DNA of 64,000 bases from Lingula anatina (lineage: Eukaryota > Animalia > Brachiopoda), in NCBI GenBank assembly GCA_051362555.1, contig CM120640.1:68116788-68180787 (forward strand), given 5' to 3'. A program made the position numbers and the translations under genes. The notes under the pieces are model-generated. The model did no database searches, was not told the origin of the DNA, and saw only the letters and a program-made list of their open reading frames with translations. Of the stretch, positions 45,501-59,638 are shown piece by piece (position 1 is the stretch's first letter; the number at the start of each line of letters is the position of its first letter).

Positions 45501-48500
45501 TGAAAATAGTACAATTTGATTTTTATCAAGCTAAATAAATCTTCAAAATGGTGCATTGTGTTAGGTGTGGCATTATCTAGAGTGTGTTCTCCTCCCACAG
45601 TGTTTTACTCTAGGATTTTAAAAAGTAGCAGTTTGGGGCACAGAGATGATAACTAAATCACTTATTATATGGCAAGGCAAGCTTCTTGTTTCTCAAATAT
45701 TTTTCATGTAGTATTTTAAAAAAAAGTAGCAGACGGAACATTTCCCCAAAGGTCCTGTTTAGTATGGATTTTTTAATTGAAAAACATCTATTACTTTAAA
45801 GGTTTTTTACTGGACACTTGAAATCAATTTAAAAGCCATTAGTTGGCAAGTGCATTAAAGGCAATTTGCAGATAACAGCTTTGACCAGCCCTTAATCCCC
45901 ACAGAAATTAGCTCTTGAAAAAACATGGACAGTTTTCATGAAGTGTTCGATATTTTAGATCCTATGAAAATAACAAAGAGCGTCTCTGAAGGTGTGAACT
46001 TTGCATTTTCAATTTCTCTTCTGCATACCGTAGGACCTGATCTGAGGCTTTTGCTACTGTATTGATTCTATTAAAAGAACTTGTGACCATCAAAGAGGCA
46101 TAAGCAAGATTTATAGGCACTTAGTTCTGCATCATGAGAACTGCCAGAGAGAATTTGATTAGGGACTAAATGCAGAAAGTTCCAGTGCTGCTCCAAGTGC
46201 ACTAATTAACAGTTCTAAAAACAAGATTCCTATTTTGACCATTGATTGCTAGAAATTGTATCGATCACAAATTAGGTGTCATTGCAGTTGAGCAAATGGA
46301 ATTTACCTCACGTTAGTGATTGCTTTGAGTTTGATGGAGAATTTTAACTTGGTTTTTGTTTCACAGGTTATTTCATATTGTTCATTTTTTCCCTGATTTT
46401 TTTTACTTGATACATCCTGGTATTATTAGAATATTGGATTAAATAAAGCTGTAATGCTTTGTTCAAAACTGAATACTTAAGAATCACTTGATGACTAAAT
46501 CACATCATGGTATCGATTTTCCCTCCTTGTCATTTGTTTTTGTCTGTAGAGAAGGTTACTGCTGTATAGCTGGCTATACAAAGCAGGCTTAAGAGACCTG
46601 TGGATTGAAAAAACTTCAAAGATAGACTAACAACTCTGAGAAATTTTTATCTGTTGTAATTTTTAGAAAAATGAAGAAAGTTTGCCTTACAAAGTAATTT
46701 GATTTCAAATGGAACATTTCAGTGAAAATGTATAGAACTGGTATGTCAGAAGTAGATAGTTCAATGCTGGTGCCTATTGTTTGATCTAGCAGGTTGACAG
46801 GGAGAGATCAAAGAGTACAGTGAAACCTTTTTTCTTTTTCAAGAAGATCACAGAAAGTGAATTTATTGAGCTTTGGACGGAGTGTCTGGAAATAAGACTT
46901 AGAAAATCCTAGAACACTCATCAGGGGTATCGCCAGGAATTTGGAATAGTAAGGGCAAATTCATTTTCTTATAAAGATGATTCATCTAGATTCAGTTTGC
47001 TTCATCAGTAAAAAGAATTTAAAAAATGACTGTCCAAAACTGAGGGAATTCCCTATTTTAGATTCGTCCAGAAGATGGATAGACAGTTGCCTGGCTAATA
47101 CCCTGACACTAATTAATCCTGGACATCCTGGGTGAAAAAGTTGAGGCTGAAAGGTGCCAAAAAATTGGGTTAAGTTCTTTTTAAAAAGGTAAAAAAAGTG
47201 CAGCTTAATTTCTCACTCTCATCTGCATGGATCAAAGTTATTTGTATTTGCTTTTGGGCAAATTTTTTTTTCAGATATTGGCTTTGGAAATGTTACAGGA
47301 TGGGATTTATTTTAGCCAATATAGACTCAAAAGTTTTCCAGTAATGCACATGAATGCAGCACAGCTTTCACAGTAAATCTCATTTACTGCAGTAACATTT
47401 CACCTGTCAGGAGTGGATGTCTTATTAAAGCTTGGTGAAGTGGGGCTCATCAAACAGCACCTCTTACTCTAATGAAATTTATTAAATTGTCAGGTGGCAT
47501 TTAGGCAAAAGATGTAGAGACATATATGCAGTCAAAGGATGCAGTTGGATTGCACAATACAGTGCCGAGCTTGCAGAAATAAGAGCTTTCACAATAAACT
47601 GTGATCCATCTTAATGTGCTTAAATTTTGACTGGTAGTAATGATATATTAAATAAAAGGTGTCCAATGAATTGATGGAGAACAAGTTTTTTAAAATCCTA
47701 ATTTTGGGCAAACGTGCACATATCTACATGTATTTCCACATCACCCTCTGTGGAACAACATCCCCATTCTGCTGTTTCTGGAAGTTATCCAAAAAAGTTT
47801 GATTCATAAAGGAATACTAGTAATGGGGCAATGGTTAGTGTCACCTTTCTCATGGAATCAATGCTCTCCCAGAACTGTTTTTACCACTTCTTTTAAAGAA
47901 CCAACTCTCAAAGTAGGACAGAAATATGTATTTTCAAGGTGAAACAGTAGCAGAAACAGAGAAATATAATGATAAGTGTTTTTAGAAAAGACCCCATGCC
48001 ATTGCTTGATACAGAATTCTCCATCCACTACTGAGAACATAGCAGTAACCTTTGCTGCTCCCCTAGGCAGTCTCCCTGTAATTGCAACTGTCAGAGAAAA
48101 TCATATCTTTAGCTGAAAAGGTCATTTAGTTGCAACACAGTAAATGATAGATTTATACGGAATCCAATCAATAGTGTTAGGCACGAATGACCTGTGTCAT
48201 ATATGACAGAATAATCAATATTAAGGCATCCGAATGGTCTTGGTTTTGTCTGTGATTTTGAAATGCTAATAATAGTTTGAAATATAAGAAGGACTTGAGC
48301 TCTCACGAGATAACTGAAGTGATGTACTTTGCCAATGTTACTGAAAAAATACGTCTTGGTAAATAAGGGGTGCTGCAAGTCTCGCTTCTGAAGTCAAGAG
48401 ACAGAAACAGCTGCTTAGGAAGTGAATTCAGAGATCTAAAATTAGGAGGAAATTAGTTTTAGGTGTGAATCTCTTTGGTCTGTGGCTGAATGTTGAGGAA

Positions 48501-51500
48501 AAATGTGCTCCCTTTAATTATTTATCTTTCAAATTTAAAGTCTGGTACTAAATTATTATATATTGTTTTATCAAATTATTTGTTATTAATTTATACACTT
48601 AAACATTCAAGTGTGTAAATGAATGAAAAGGTGTAGAGTTTGAAAAATTGTTGATATATTGTTGGTGTTTCAACTATGATCAAATAGTAACAAAGTTGAA
48701 AAATAATCTGAAACTCCAATTCAAATTAAATCACAACAAAAAATGGTAATGAGAGCTAAACAGTTTGTATTCTAAGACTTCTTATAATTAAAAAAAAAGA
48801 TTTGAATTGTTGTGCCTCAATTTCTTGGGTAGTGTAATATGGAGGGAAAGAAAAATGTAAGAAAAGAGACTATAAAAACTAGTAACCTTACCACAGGCAT
48901 GATAATGAACTGGCAAGTGGACCCCAGGAGCACAGCTTGGGGGTGCTTAATATGGTCCTTGAGCTTCTGAAACTTGGTCACGCAACCCATACCAAAACTG
49001 TTAAACAGGGCAACAATGGCAATAGCACAGTCAAAGCCAAGATCTACAGTACGCCGAGTACGTTGAATTGTCACTTTGTATTCCATAACTGTTTCATGGC
49101 CATGTCTTGTGGTAACATTAGAGCCAGTGTGGACCTCGTCACTGGTATTGAAAATCTTCAGTTTGAGGGATGTGTACCCAATTTTGACAGCATTTATCCC
49201 AATCGCACCCGAGTGCCCACTTTTGTGATTTATATCAAATTTGAGATAATCTGCAGGATGAACAATACCATCATGGAATAAACTAATTAACTGGAGAATT
49301 TCATTATTTTGGGATTCCACATGCAATGTCCATGTGGCATTTTGGTGCACCATTTGCTGTATCATGCCCTGGCTGATATTGTAATAAATCCAGTGGGGTT
49401 CATCCAATCCTAAAATGCGAATGCCATCCTTTGGGAAAAACTGTAATCCTGCAGTCGTGTCAGTTTTCTCGCTGCTGCCGTCCTCTGCTGGTCTCTCTTG
49501 GGGATCTGTGGTGGAGGAAGGAGGTGTGCATGAAATCACCGCAATCAGAGCCAAGACGACCACAATAATCTCCATTTTACTGTGAAAATTGATCTTCATT
49601 GTCTGTCAGTAGAATAGTTATTTCCACCACTTCTGTGCCTTTACTGTCCCACTTAAAATATCCACACGATATTATGACTTGCTTTATTCACTTCATCAAT
49701 CTTCTTATATCTTATCCTTCACCAGCGTGGCAAGTATTATATCATTGTAATATACTTCTGAAACCGACAGCAGTAGGCCTTGTACTGCTGCTGCCTGCTC
49801 TGGTGCTGGTATCTGAAACCTTTGTAGAGCACACCCTACTACATTATCCTATCAGCAAAACAGGCAGCTTAAGACTTGGAAATGAGCTGCATATTTGGAA
49901 TAATAATATCTGTGCCACAAGTTATGGTTAACTTCAATTACAACCTCATTTTTTGTAGTCGTCAAATGATAAATGCACATTGGCCTGATTTATCAAAGAA
50001 GAGTTCAGCCATATGATTTGACAGTTTTATACGTGGTTGTCTAGGATACCATCCTGTCTGTGATGATCACTCTCTGTTGCAGTGTGGTTACAGGTTTGAA
50101 AAATATGACTCAAGCCGCCAACATCCAGCATTAATACATAGCTAGAAGGGAAGCTTGATTTTTTCTCTTCTCTCTCTCTTTTTTTTCCAGGGAATGTGTA
50201 CAATTGATCAGTCTTTATCTGATTTTATCATCCAGTATGTATGTCGTCTTGGTTTTTTCTGGTCGGAATGTCAAAGGAACTGTCACTGTCAATTACACAG
50301 GTTTGCACGCTGTGACCTAGAAGGAGAAACAAAGGTCATTAATAGATTCCATATAGATACGTGTAGATAGAGGTTTATGTATGAATTCATTTCCTGGAAA
50401 TTAAGTGTTACATTGATAACCTGTGGGTATTCCTATTTGAAGCCATGTTCATATCAAGACCAACATAAACTGAAATATCTTATAACTCACAAAACCAGAA
50501 AACCAGATAGCATATTACATAGAATTTGAAATTGAAAGGCAGGACTGGGTTCCATAGAAAATCTGGTCTTCTGGGGACGCTTGTGATTATTTTTGGTTAT
50601 AGTTTAAGTTAGTCTCTTTGTGAATGCTGTCAAACCTTCTTGGCTAAGTGGTCAATATTTATCACAGTCATCACCATCGTCACTGTAAAGTGATCAATAC
50701 CAGGATTTAAATCTACTCTTACTTCCAGATTTATTCAGTCTCTTGGATTTCTAATTCCAGTATTATTCCCTTGGATCTGCACTAATGAATTTATTTACAT
50801 ATTGAATAAATCCCAAATACCTCTGTGTTTGCATTCTCTGGTACTGGAATTTGTTGAAATTAGTTTATTATACAGTTTGAAGTGCAGTCAGGAAATATCC
50901 TGACACTAATTTGACAACTTCATCAATAAAAAAGATTGGATTTCTAGAATTCAAATGAGTTTTTTGCTGGAATACTTCTTTTGCATTCCAACTCCTAGAG
51001 CTTTCTCATAAAACAAGCAGCAGGTTAAGGAAGGTCAGTTTCTGGAGACAGCAGACATGAAAATATGAACATTTTAATATAACATCTTAATTCATTATGG
51101 AGAAAAACCATTCAGCTATACATAAATTTATTTTGTACTTATAGTTATATCTAAAACTGAGGAAGACATACAAAATTTAAAAAATCTTTTTACATCTGTT
51201 ATGTCTCTCGGAAGTAGCCTCCTTTGGCCTGCTGTTTATAATAATAATAATGATGATGATGATGATGATATGGATGTAGCTATACATGTAGGTGATAACT
51301 AGCAATTTCTAAGGAAGTAACCAGCTTACACTGTTGAGTAATTGTGCATTAAATAAACACATATAACAACCTTATTATGCTACAAGAAGAACAATGAATT
51401 CTTCTTGATTAAAAGTATTTCTTATTATTCCTGTGTCCTTGAAATTCGATAGAATCTTTTCACTAGATAAAGATTAATTCCATAATATTGTGTTATTCTA

Positions 51501-54500
51501 TAAATGATTCAATACTGACAATAGTTAGCACCTACAATGTCCTACAGGTAGAGTCAAGGGTCATCTTACAAGCATATTAAGCAGTGGGACGTGTAAGAGT
51601 GCATTCTGAACAGATTACCGGTGGACTAACTGATCTGCCGACTCAATATGGCGGATCCCACTAAAAAGGAAGCCGCCCCAATCCCCTGACGGTCTCCTGA
51701 CCTCCACATGTGCCATTAAATGGATTAAATCTCAGTCCTGAGTTTTAATTGCTAGGCCCCTGCAGCGACGGCGGATGTGAAGGCGGGGAGACTATCAGGG
51801 AATTAGGGCGTCGATTTTAAGTGGATCAGCCATATTTAGTCCATGGAGAAATGTGTTCTGAATGCACTCTTAGGGATTAATAGTTTTTTTATAGGTATCA
51901 TAGTGTGTTTTATAGACAGGACCAGGGATAAATTTGACCTGTTATTTCTAAAGACAGACATGCCAGAGTAGAGATTTACAATGTAGTTCCAAGCTTCTGT
52001 ATTGTATGTGTTCCTGGTAAATATCAAAAACACATCATGTCGCCAACTGTTCTTAGTTTGCCGCAGCACAGACAGCACAGAGAGAGAGAGAGAGGTGTCA
52101 GTTATAGATATATATACTAGCTATGCAAAGACTTCATCACATTCTTTATTGATGAAGGTGACAGAAACATGTCATTGGGAAATCAGTAATAGATATGGGC
52201 TTTTATGATTAAGCCGTTTATATATATATATTGACTACTAGAATATTACCATAAGATTATAATGTCCTTGCTCAGTGGCTCACTAAGGCATCTCTTTCTT
52301 CTTCAAGAAAGGTAAAAATCAGGGGATAATTCTAGAGTAAATATCTTGAGTAATGCTTTTAAATAACCTTTTGTAAGATGTGAAAATTACTGAGAAGAAA
52401 AACATGGAAGTAATGATGGAGTTAATAGCTACCATTTTGTTTGTGTGCGCAGGAGCAGACACAAGCACTGGCACGCTGCCTTAATTGTTCTTGTCCTAGG
52501 AATAAAGTGCAAGGATTCTCAAAACAAGCAGATTACAATATTCCGCATTCTCTTTTCTTCCAGTGGGGTTATTTACTTTTTTATGTTGTTATATTTGTTC
52601 TAGTAATGATACTGCTCATCTGGCAGGGTTGGGATAGACGGAAATGTCTGTGTAGTCATATTTAGGTGCCAAATGGTGTGGCTCATTTATCATTTCATCT
52701 CTTAAAAAGAAGAGACCACCTGATGTATCATGTAACATACATGTTGTGAATGTAATATTCATTACCAGCTGTTGTTTGTTTATATTGATGATGTTTTTGA
52801 AAAAGAAATCAATTGATAAAGATTGTATGTAATGAAATATGTTTTATTGTAGAACAATTCATTTCATTATCACAGCAGTTATTGTGGAGACATTCACTAG
52901 GATATGGCCAGATCAATATATATTTTGATTATCTTATTATATATACATCAAAATTATGTGTGCAGTACAAAAATTGCAAGTTCAGTCAACATCCTCATAA
53001 ATCTGATCTCAAAAGAAAATACAACAAAATTTTGAAAATCTTGATCACAGCTGGCACATAGTTATGTACAGTAAACGTATCTAGGCGAGAGCATTCTGAG
53101 AACTCTCTAGCTATCAATTGACTTTCTCCACATCCCAGGAGAATGCAGCTTTAAGTATGTAGATAGTTTGAAGTGGCAATCAGTAAAACCTATTTGGTGA
53201 AAATAGTGGGAGGAAAGAGGAAACCATGAGCTATTATTTGGTGAAAATAGTGTCATCACTCTTTTCTCACTGTAGTTTGTGAATACATTGCCACCTCTCG
53301 CTGAAGTGTAAATGGTTCTAGTTCTCTGAGAACTCTAGTTTTCCGGGTAGAGATTCTCTCTTCTGTTTTCTTTCCTTACCAAAATGCAGAGGTTTGGGAT
53401 GAAATAGTTCTTTGCTGTTCGAAACAAAGCATGCATGTACCTACCTTATGTTAAATATGGTCTCGGAGTTACAGTGGCATGAATATGATCTAAAAAAGTC
53501 TAACTGTATGCAGGACTAGTGTGTCACGTACACGTCTGATCTATGAGACTACCAGAATAATGTTTCAGCTGGTCTTGTGTCCATCCTGACTTCAGAGGCT
53601 AGACCACTCCTGGCTTGAAGCCTCTTGGCACTGTACATAGAGGTTTGACTAATAGGTTGACTGTGCTACCTCTACCAGTAGCATACACAAACACAACCAG
53701 CTACTGCTTTCCATAAACCTCATCATCTAGGTTTTTTTCTTGTTAATAGATCATGTTACCTCGAGATGTAAATCAAATGAGGTGGCTAAGCTCGAGATCA
53801 GCCTTCCCTGCTCCTCAGTGTAGAACCAGATCCCTTATACATGGTTAGTACACCTGTTTAGCACTCTCCTGTATATTGTGTGAGGCTGGAGTGGCAGCAG
53901 CATTACTCACCTTGAGGTGAAAATACACATAACCTCATTGCTGCTTCCTCAAGTATTTATGTTTACTGAATGAGTGTTCAATATCACCCAGAGATCAGCT
54001 CAAATGCGCACTAGCTGTTAACTTTAATTCCTTAAATGATAATCTTGGGCAATGATGAAGGCATTTTCTCTGAAATTTGCCAAAGATTAATTGATTTTAA
54101 TTGTTCTGTTTTTCAATTAAAGGATGAAAAAAAAAAAGAATTAAAAAAAGATGTAACAATAGAATGCCAGTTCAATATTAGTGCCTTGGTTAAGAAGATC
54201 CATAAACTACATTATATTTTGATCTTCCTTTAATTTCCATTTTCAATCTAAATTTGTATATAGCTGACTTTGCTGTTGTGGCCCACAGTTAAGGAGTAAG
54301 AGTTAAACCCTGGTATAGTTTTCCATCTCATTACAAACCCTGTGGGATACTAGTTTCTAGCAGAGGTGTGCATTCAGGTGACTTAATCACTGTGATATAA
54401 CCCCACCTGGGGCTGTAGGTATAACCCAGTGTACAGTAATAGTAGAAATCACCTGTAGTTAACACCTGTCTCAGTACCATCTGGACAACATGCTGTCCTA

Positions 54501-57500
54501 GGTGATGATCACTGACTTCCATAAAATACATAGATACTTGTAATCTGCAGGTATTTTTTTTTTTTTTTGCTCTGTGGGGTTCCTGAGTGGTGTATCCCTT
54601 GGTATTATACTACATTATTATAAGAGGCGGCATTTGTTAATCCCAACACCTGCAACAGGGCATTGGTCTTTCTTTCAACAAAATATATATATAAGGTATG
54701 GGTAGGTTTTGTAAAAGTTGAGAGTATGTTGAAGCATGTTGGTATACATTGAGGTTATTGAAAATTATGAGAGAGCTAGAAATTTTTCAACATACAGTAT
54801 GCCAGTGTATGGCTTGTATGTCCTGCATGTACATTATAAGTTACTTACAACTTGCATTTGTTGACACACATGAAAACATGTTATATGTAAGTTATTCTAG
54901 ATCTGAAGAACATCAAGGTAATGCTAAGTGTACCCAAAACTTATTTCTCACCTATGAGTAACGTGATATGAACCTAGATAACTTATTGGCATCATGTAGT
55001 CTCTACACATAGATGTATTTGGCATATTTTGTACAACCACAGAACTTAATGACACTGTGTAATGGCAGATTGCTAACATTTAGGGGAATTGGTTTATGAG
55101 ATGGGGTTCACAGAGGAACCCAGCAGTACTCCTCTAGGTGAATGATAATAGGTAAATGTATTAATTGGTCCAGGTTAATTTATTGGATCAACTCTTCAGC
55201 CCCTTACTCCATATATATATCTCTGTCAAAATTGAGGAATATTTCTTGTTTTCTGGGAACAAAATTGCATTGAAAATTTATTAATCTTAACTAATTGCCT
55301 GTGTAATTTAAGTTAAACAGCAAAGAATAAATAAATAGGTAGATAAAGATGGATAAATATATAGACGAAAAAAAAAATAATAAAGTGAAATTAGGAAAAC
55401 TGTACTACCCATATTTACATGTTTTTATACCTGCACCATTTTGCCTATAGTATGACCAATTATACCCTATCCTTTTGTTTCTTGACTCTAGATGTTAATT
55501 ACTGCTGTCAGTTATCATTGTACCTTGTGGCATTTATTGTGTATTTCTCACTGGAAAGGTTGCCTTTTGAGGTTGCATGTTGAGATTAAGGTACTGCTAG
55601 ACTGATATGTTGGTGAATAGCGGGGTTTTATTTCCAATTCTCAAGGGGTAGATTCAGCTGTAATCTAAGTAATGGAATTCCTGGGATAAGTTTCAATACA
55701 GTATAGATCTGTATGATAAATAACCTGAATATGAGGCAGGTAATATGTATATTCAAGGTGTATTATTGAAAACCACAAAAAAACACATTATGTTTCCTGT
55801 GACGGGGTTCCATTTAGTTTTATGATGTTGAGAATTCCAAGAAAGATTCCTGACTTTTATGGCTTTTGAAGTACAAAGAATGATGTACAATATATGCACA
55901 TTCTGGGAATCCTTGGCAATATTCGTAGCTATTGAATATCACTAGAGAACATCAGCTGTGGATGTCATTCACCAGACAGTTTATTCATTTTCCTGACCAC
56001 TCTAACACTTAAACAGTTGGTTTTGGTCTTGTTTTCGAAATATTAATCCTAGCACAGAAGGTTAAAATAAGCCTCTAATTTGCAAAGGATATTAAATATT
56101 AAAATATTATTAAGCGTTCTTCTCAGGGAACCTGTGCCATATGGCAAATAGAATTACCAGGCAATAACAATAAAAACAGTGTACAATAAAGTATTAATAC
56201 CAGCATTATGATTATATCCAGCGCCACCAGTATTGTTCTGTAGAAATACAGGAAGAGGCATATTGTTTTGATCCAGTATGTTTTATCACTTTTCTTTGTT
56301 ATATGAAAATGAAAGGCAATGCTGCCTTTGTTCCTTTTAACAATTCTAGAAACTTGTATTTCCGCCACATTTCAGATGATCATCATGATTCACACACTTA
56401 GCTGTTTGGACAAAATAGACATGTTCTCCAGTGCTAACAGCTGTTTTGATCCTGTCACTTTCTATCTTGTCATATGGACCCTATTTGTCAATACTTACTT
56501 GTTCTTAACTGTGGTTATCTTTTTGTCATCATGCATCATTGATAAGGCTCTTATGTATCCCGATCTCCAATTGTTTGTACCGATAGAGCACAAACGAAGC
56601 CAGCTGATATTCTACACGGCATCTGCTCTCTTATCTGTCAGTGATGACAATATTTCCTCAGCTCCTGATGCTAATGAACCAGCATTCACACTGCTTTCCA
56701 AGCCCACTTCCTGTCTTCATCAGTGCGCTCCTTATTTCTATGGATTCTCTCATTGGTTGCCATGGTTACTAACCAAAGCTAAGATTATTTAAACTAATGG
56801 CTGCGTGGTGCGTTCTGGCACAGTGACTATAAATAGATTCCGTGTTGGAATCCAAGCATTTAGATATTATTCAATGCCTGTAAATTATTGTTATTCTAGT
56901 TAAGTGAATGGAACTTGGAATATCCCAAGTGGTCAATTAACAGTGTACATACTGTGTGATTAAACTGGAAATGTCCATTATTTCATCTCAGTAGTTCTTT
57001 ACAGGTGGAATATATGTGATTGGTTGGTATTCTGATACAAGTTTTACATTCAAGTAATAGATGCACTGTGATGGAATATACAAAGATTTTTTGGATTGAA
57101 GATGTGAAATGTGTGACATATGTCACTTAAAAGAGAAAATGTCCTCATAAAGATGTTTAATCAGAAGCTTTCACAACATGAATCAAGTGTAATGCTTCAT
57201 TGCTATGCCTGTTGTATTTCATCCACTATTTACCATCTTTTCAAAAAGTACTGAGATATATCTTATTATATTTTTAGATGGATTAGGTAATGAAACATTT
57301 ACACTGAATAAACAAATGCTTTTTTCACTGTATTCTGAGCTGTTTACTCATGAATGATATTGCCAGGACACTGTGTTCATGTCATAAATCTGATATTTTT
57401 TGACCCAAAATTTCCTACTAAACTTTAAGCATTATTTCTGGTACACTTGATAGCTGCAACTAATTCACTTTGACAAAGCTGAAGCTAGTTTCCAAAGTCA

Positions 57501-59552
57501 CCAAACCAAGCTGCAGCAGGTGATCTTGGGGATAGTTCTTTGTTTTATAAACCCTCTTTTAGTTATTTTACTTGGAACAACAACATTTTTTTAATTTTTG
57601 GTAACATTTTGACAACCTCAGATTTTATACAGTTTAAAAAATTTTCTTAGTACTTAAAATACATATAAGATATGAGAAGCCTGACAGATGTACTGCTATA
57701 TTGAATAATTCTGAGGACACTTTTGCAACATATAAGTGTTTTCAGTTATATTATATCTTCCTTTTTTTGATGATTATACGTCAATATATTGACTGTGTTC
57801 TGCTTATGTTTGTATAAAAGCATAAAAACCTTGTTGAAAATTGTTACATTAAAGATCCTATCATGGATTTTTGTATTAAAATCCTTTTGGGTTTGTAGTA
57901 CTAAAAACCCATTTTGTCATATTACTTATAAATTAAACAGCAAATGTTTTATTTCTTACGTTATGACTGACTTCTGCAAATTATAAATATACCTATACCT
58001 AGACATAAAGGGATTATAATTTTCCAAATATGATAGACAGATTAATGTTTGCTGGTGAGATACAGTGAACAGCTTTAGATAGTCTTCTACTACTGTGAAT
58101 GGAAAATTGGATTAGATCAGTTTTCTACCACATTCATTCCACACAATTCTTGATTCATTCCACAAATACTGTGATAATAAGGTTTACTCTAAATGTGTTC
58201 ATAATGTCTACAACAGTTTAGGTAAAAATTAGATTACATGAGCCATATTATGCTGCAAAAACTTACCTTGATATAGCCTCCATATTCATGCTAGTATGTG
58301 TGATACAGCAGCAGCTGCTGTGGCGTCTGCTCCAACCTTAATAATCTTTAGCAATCCAAGAAATATTATGACATCCTGTTATCAAGATGCTCTTGGTTTC
58401 ATTACGTAGTCCACTTATCATTGCTCACACTACTGACAGTAAAATAAACCTCCTCTTCCAAACCTCATACATATATCTCCTCTCTTCGTCAGGGACTAAC
58501 AAATAAGCGAGAACCCTGCCTGCTGCTGTTTGTGTTAGGAACTGCCCTATTTTCATAATATTTGTAATGCATTGTGTATGTTAACTACTTTGATTGCATT
58601 TATTGATGGAATAATAAGGTTAAGCCTATGGCAATGCAGGCCCCGCTGCAGCTTGGATTAGATCTACTCTGCCATATGTACCACTTGACCCTGGGGGGGA
58701 AGGGGGTAGGAATGTAACTGTATCCACTGCTCTGGGAATTCTAGCCACATAATGGAAACTCTGGGCAATCAGATATCATCAACTAACATATTGAGTTAGT
58801 TATTTCATAAAGTCATAAAGGATAATTGTGATGATTAAATTGGTTTCAGTATTTGTATGTGCAAAGGTTTTTTTATTTTGATAATATTTACATCAGTATA
58901 TATTTGCCCTTCATTTTGTTCCATCACGTCTCGCAGTCAGCACATAATATGTTATTGTTGATTCATGTGGAACGATTCCACTTTCCTGAAATTTCAATGT
59001 ATGTTCCTTGCCAAGAACACTGTATTGTTTATATAACCTTTAAGGGTTGTAACAAGCCAAGTTTGAGTAGAATTGACATCCAGGTACATTACCAATATGT
59101 AGCATGTAAATTCTTTGTTCCCAGTCACAACAGCAGTCTATGCAAGCACAACGGTACTTCAAAACAATTGATCAGATGCCAGTAGTAGGCAGGTAGTAGA
59201 CCACAGGTAATTTACTGGCTACTGTGGCAGGTGCACTTATCAGGTGGCTTATAATTACTGCTGGCATGAAGAGAAGATATAAAAGAAGTTGTTATATTAA
59301 AAAAAATAGATTGTTTAAGTGCCATGGGACTCTGTATCTATGATCATTTTGTGTAGAGTGAGCCTGTTCTGACAGTTTTTTTTCCTTTTTTTTGTGATTC
59401 ATTAATCTACTGAATAGCTGCCAAATTACAAAAAATGATGCAAAAGGCGGAAATGGAGATGTGTCAGGAAAGCAAATGTGCAGAGGCAATAATTGATTAG
59501 TGTGGAGAAGGGTTGGATGATGATGTGACAGTGAGTTACATCCCTCCCTGGT

Positions 59553-59638
<86 letters not shown>

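Noticed and set aside
56319-56792. 157-aa hydrophobic plus-strand ORF as a SHLD3-like or membrane protein
   Set aside because: No recognisable motif; composition is typical of T-rich non-coding DNA and it overlaps a promoter-like element.
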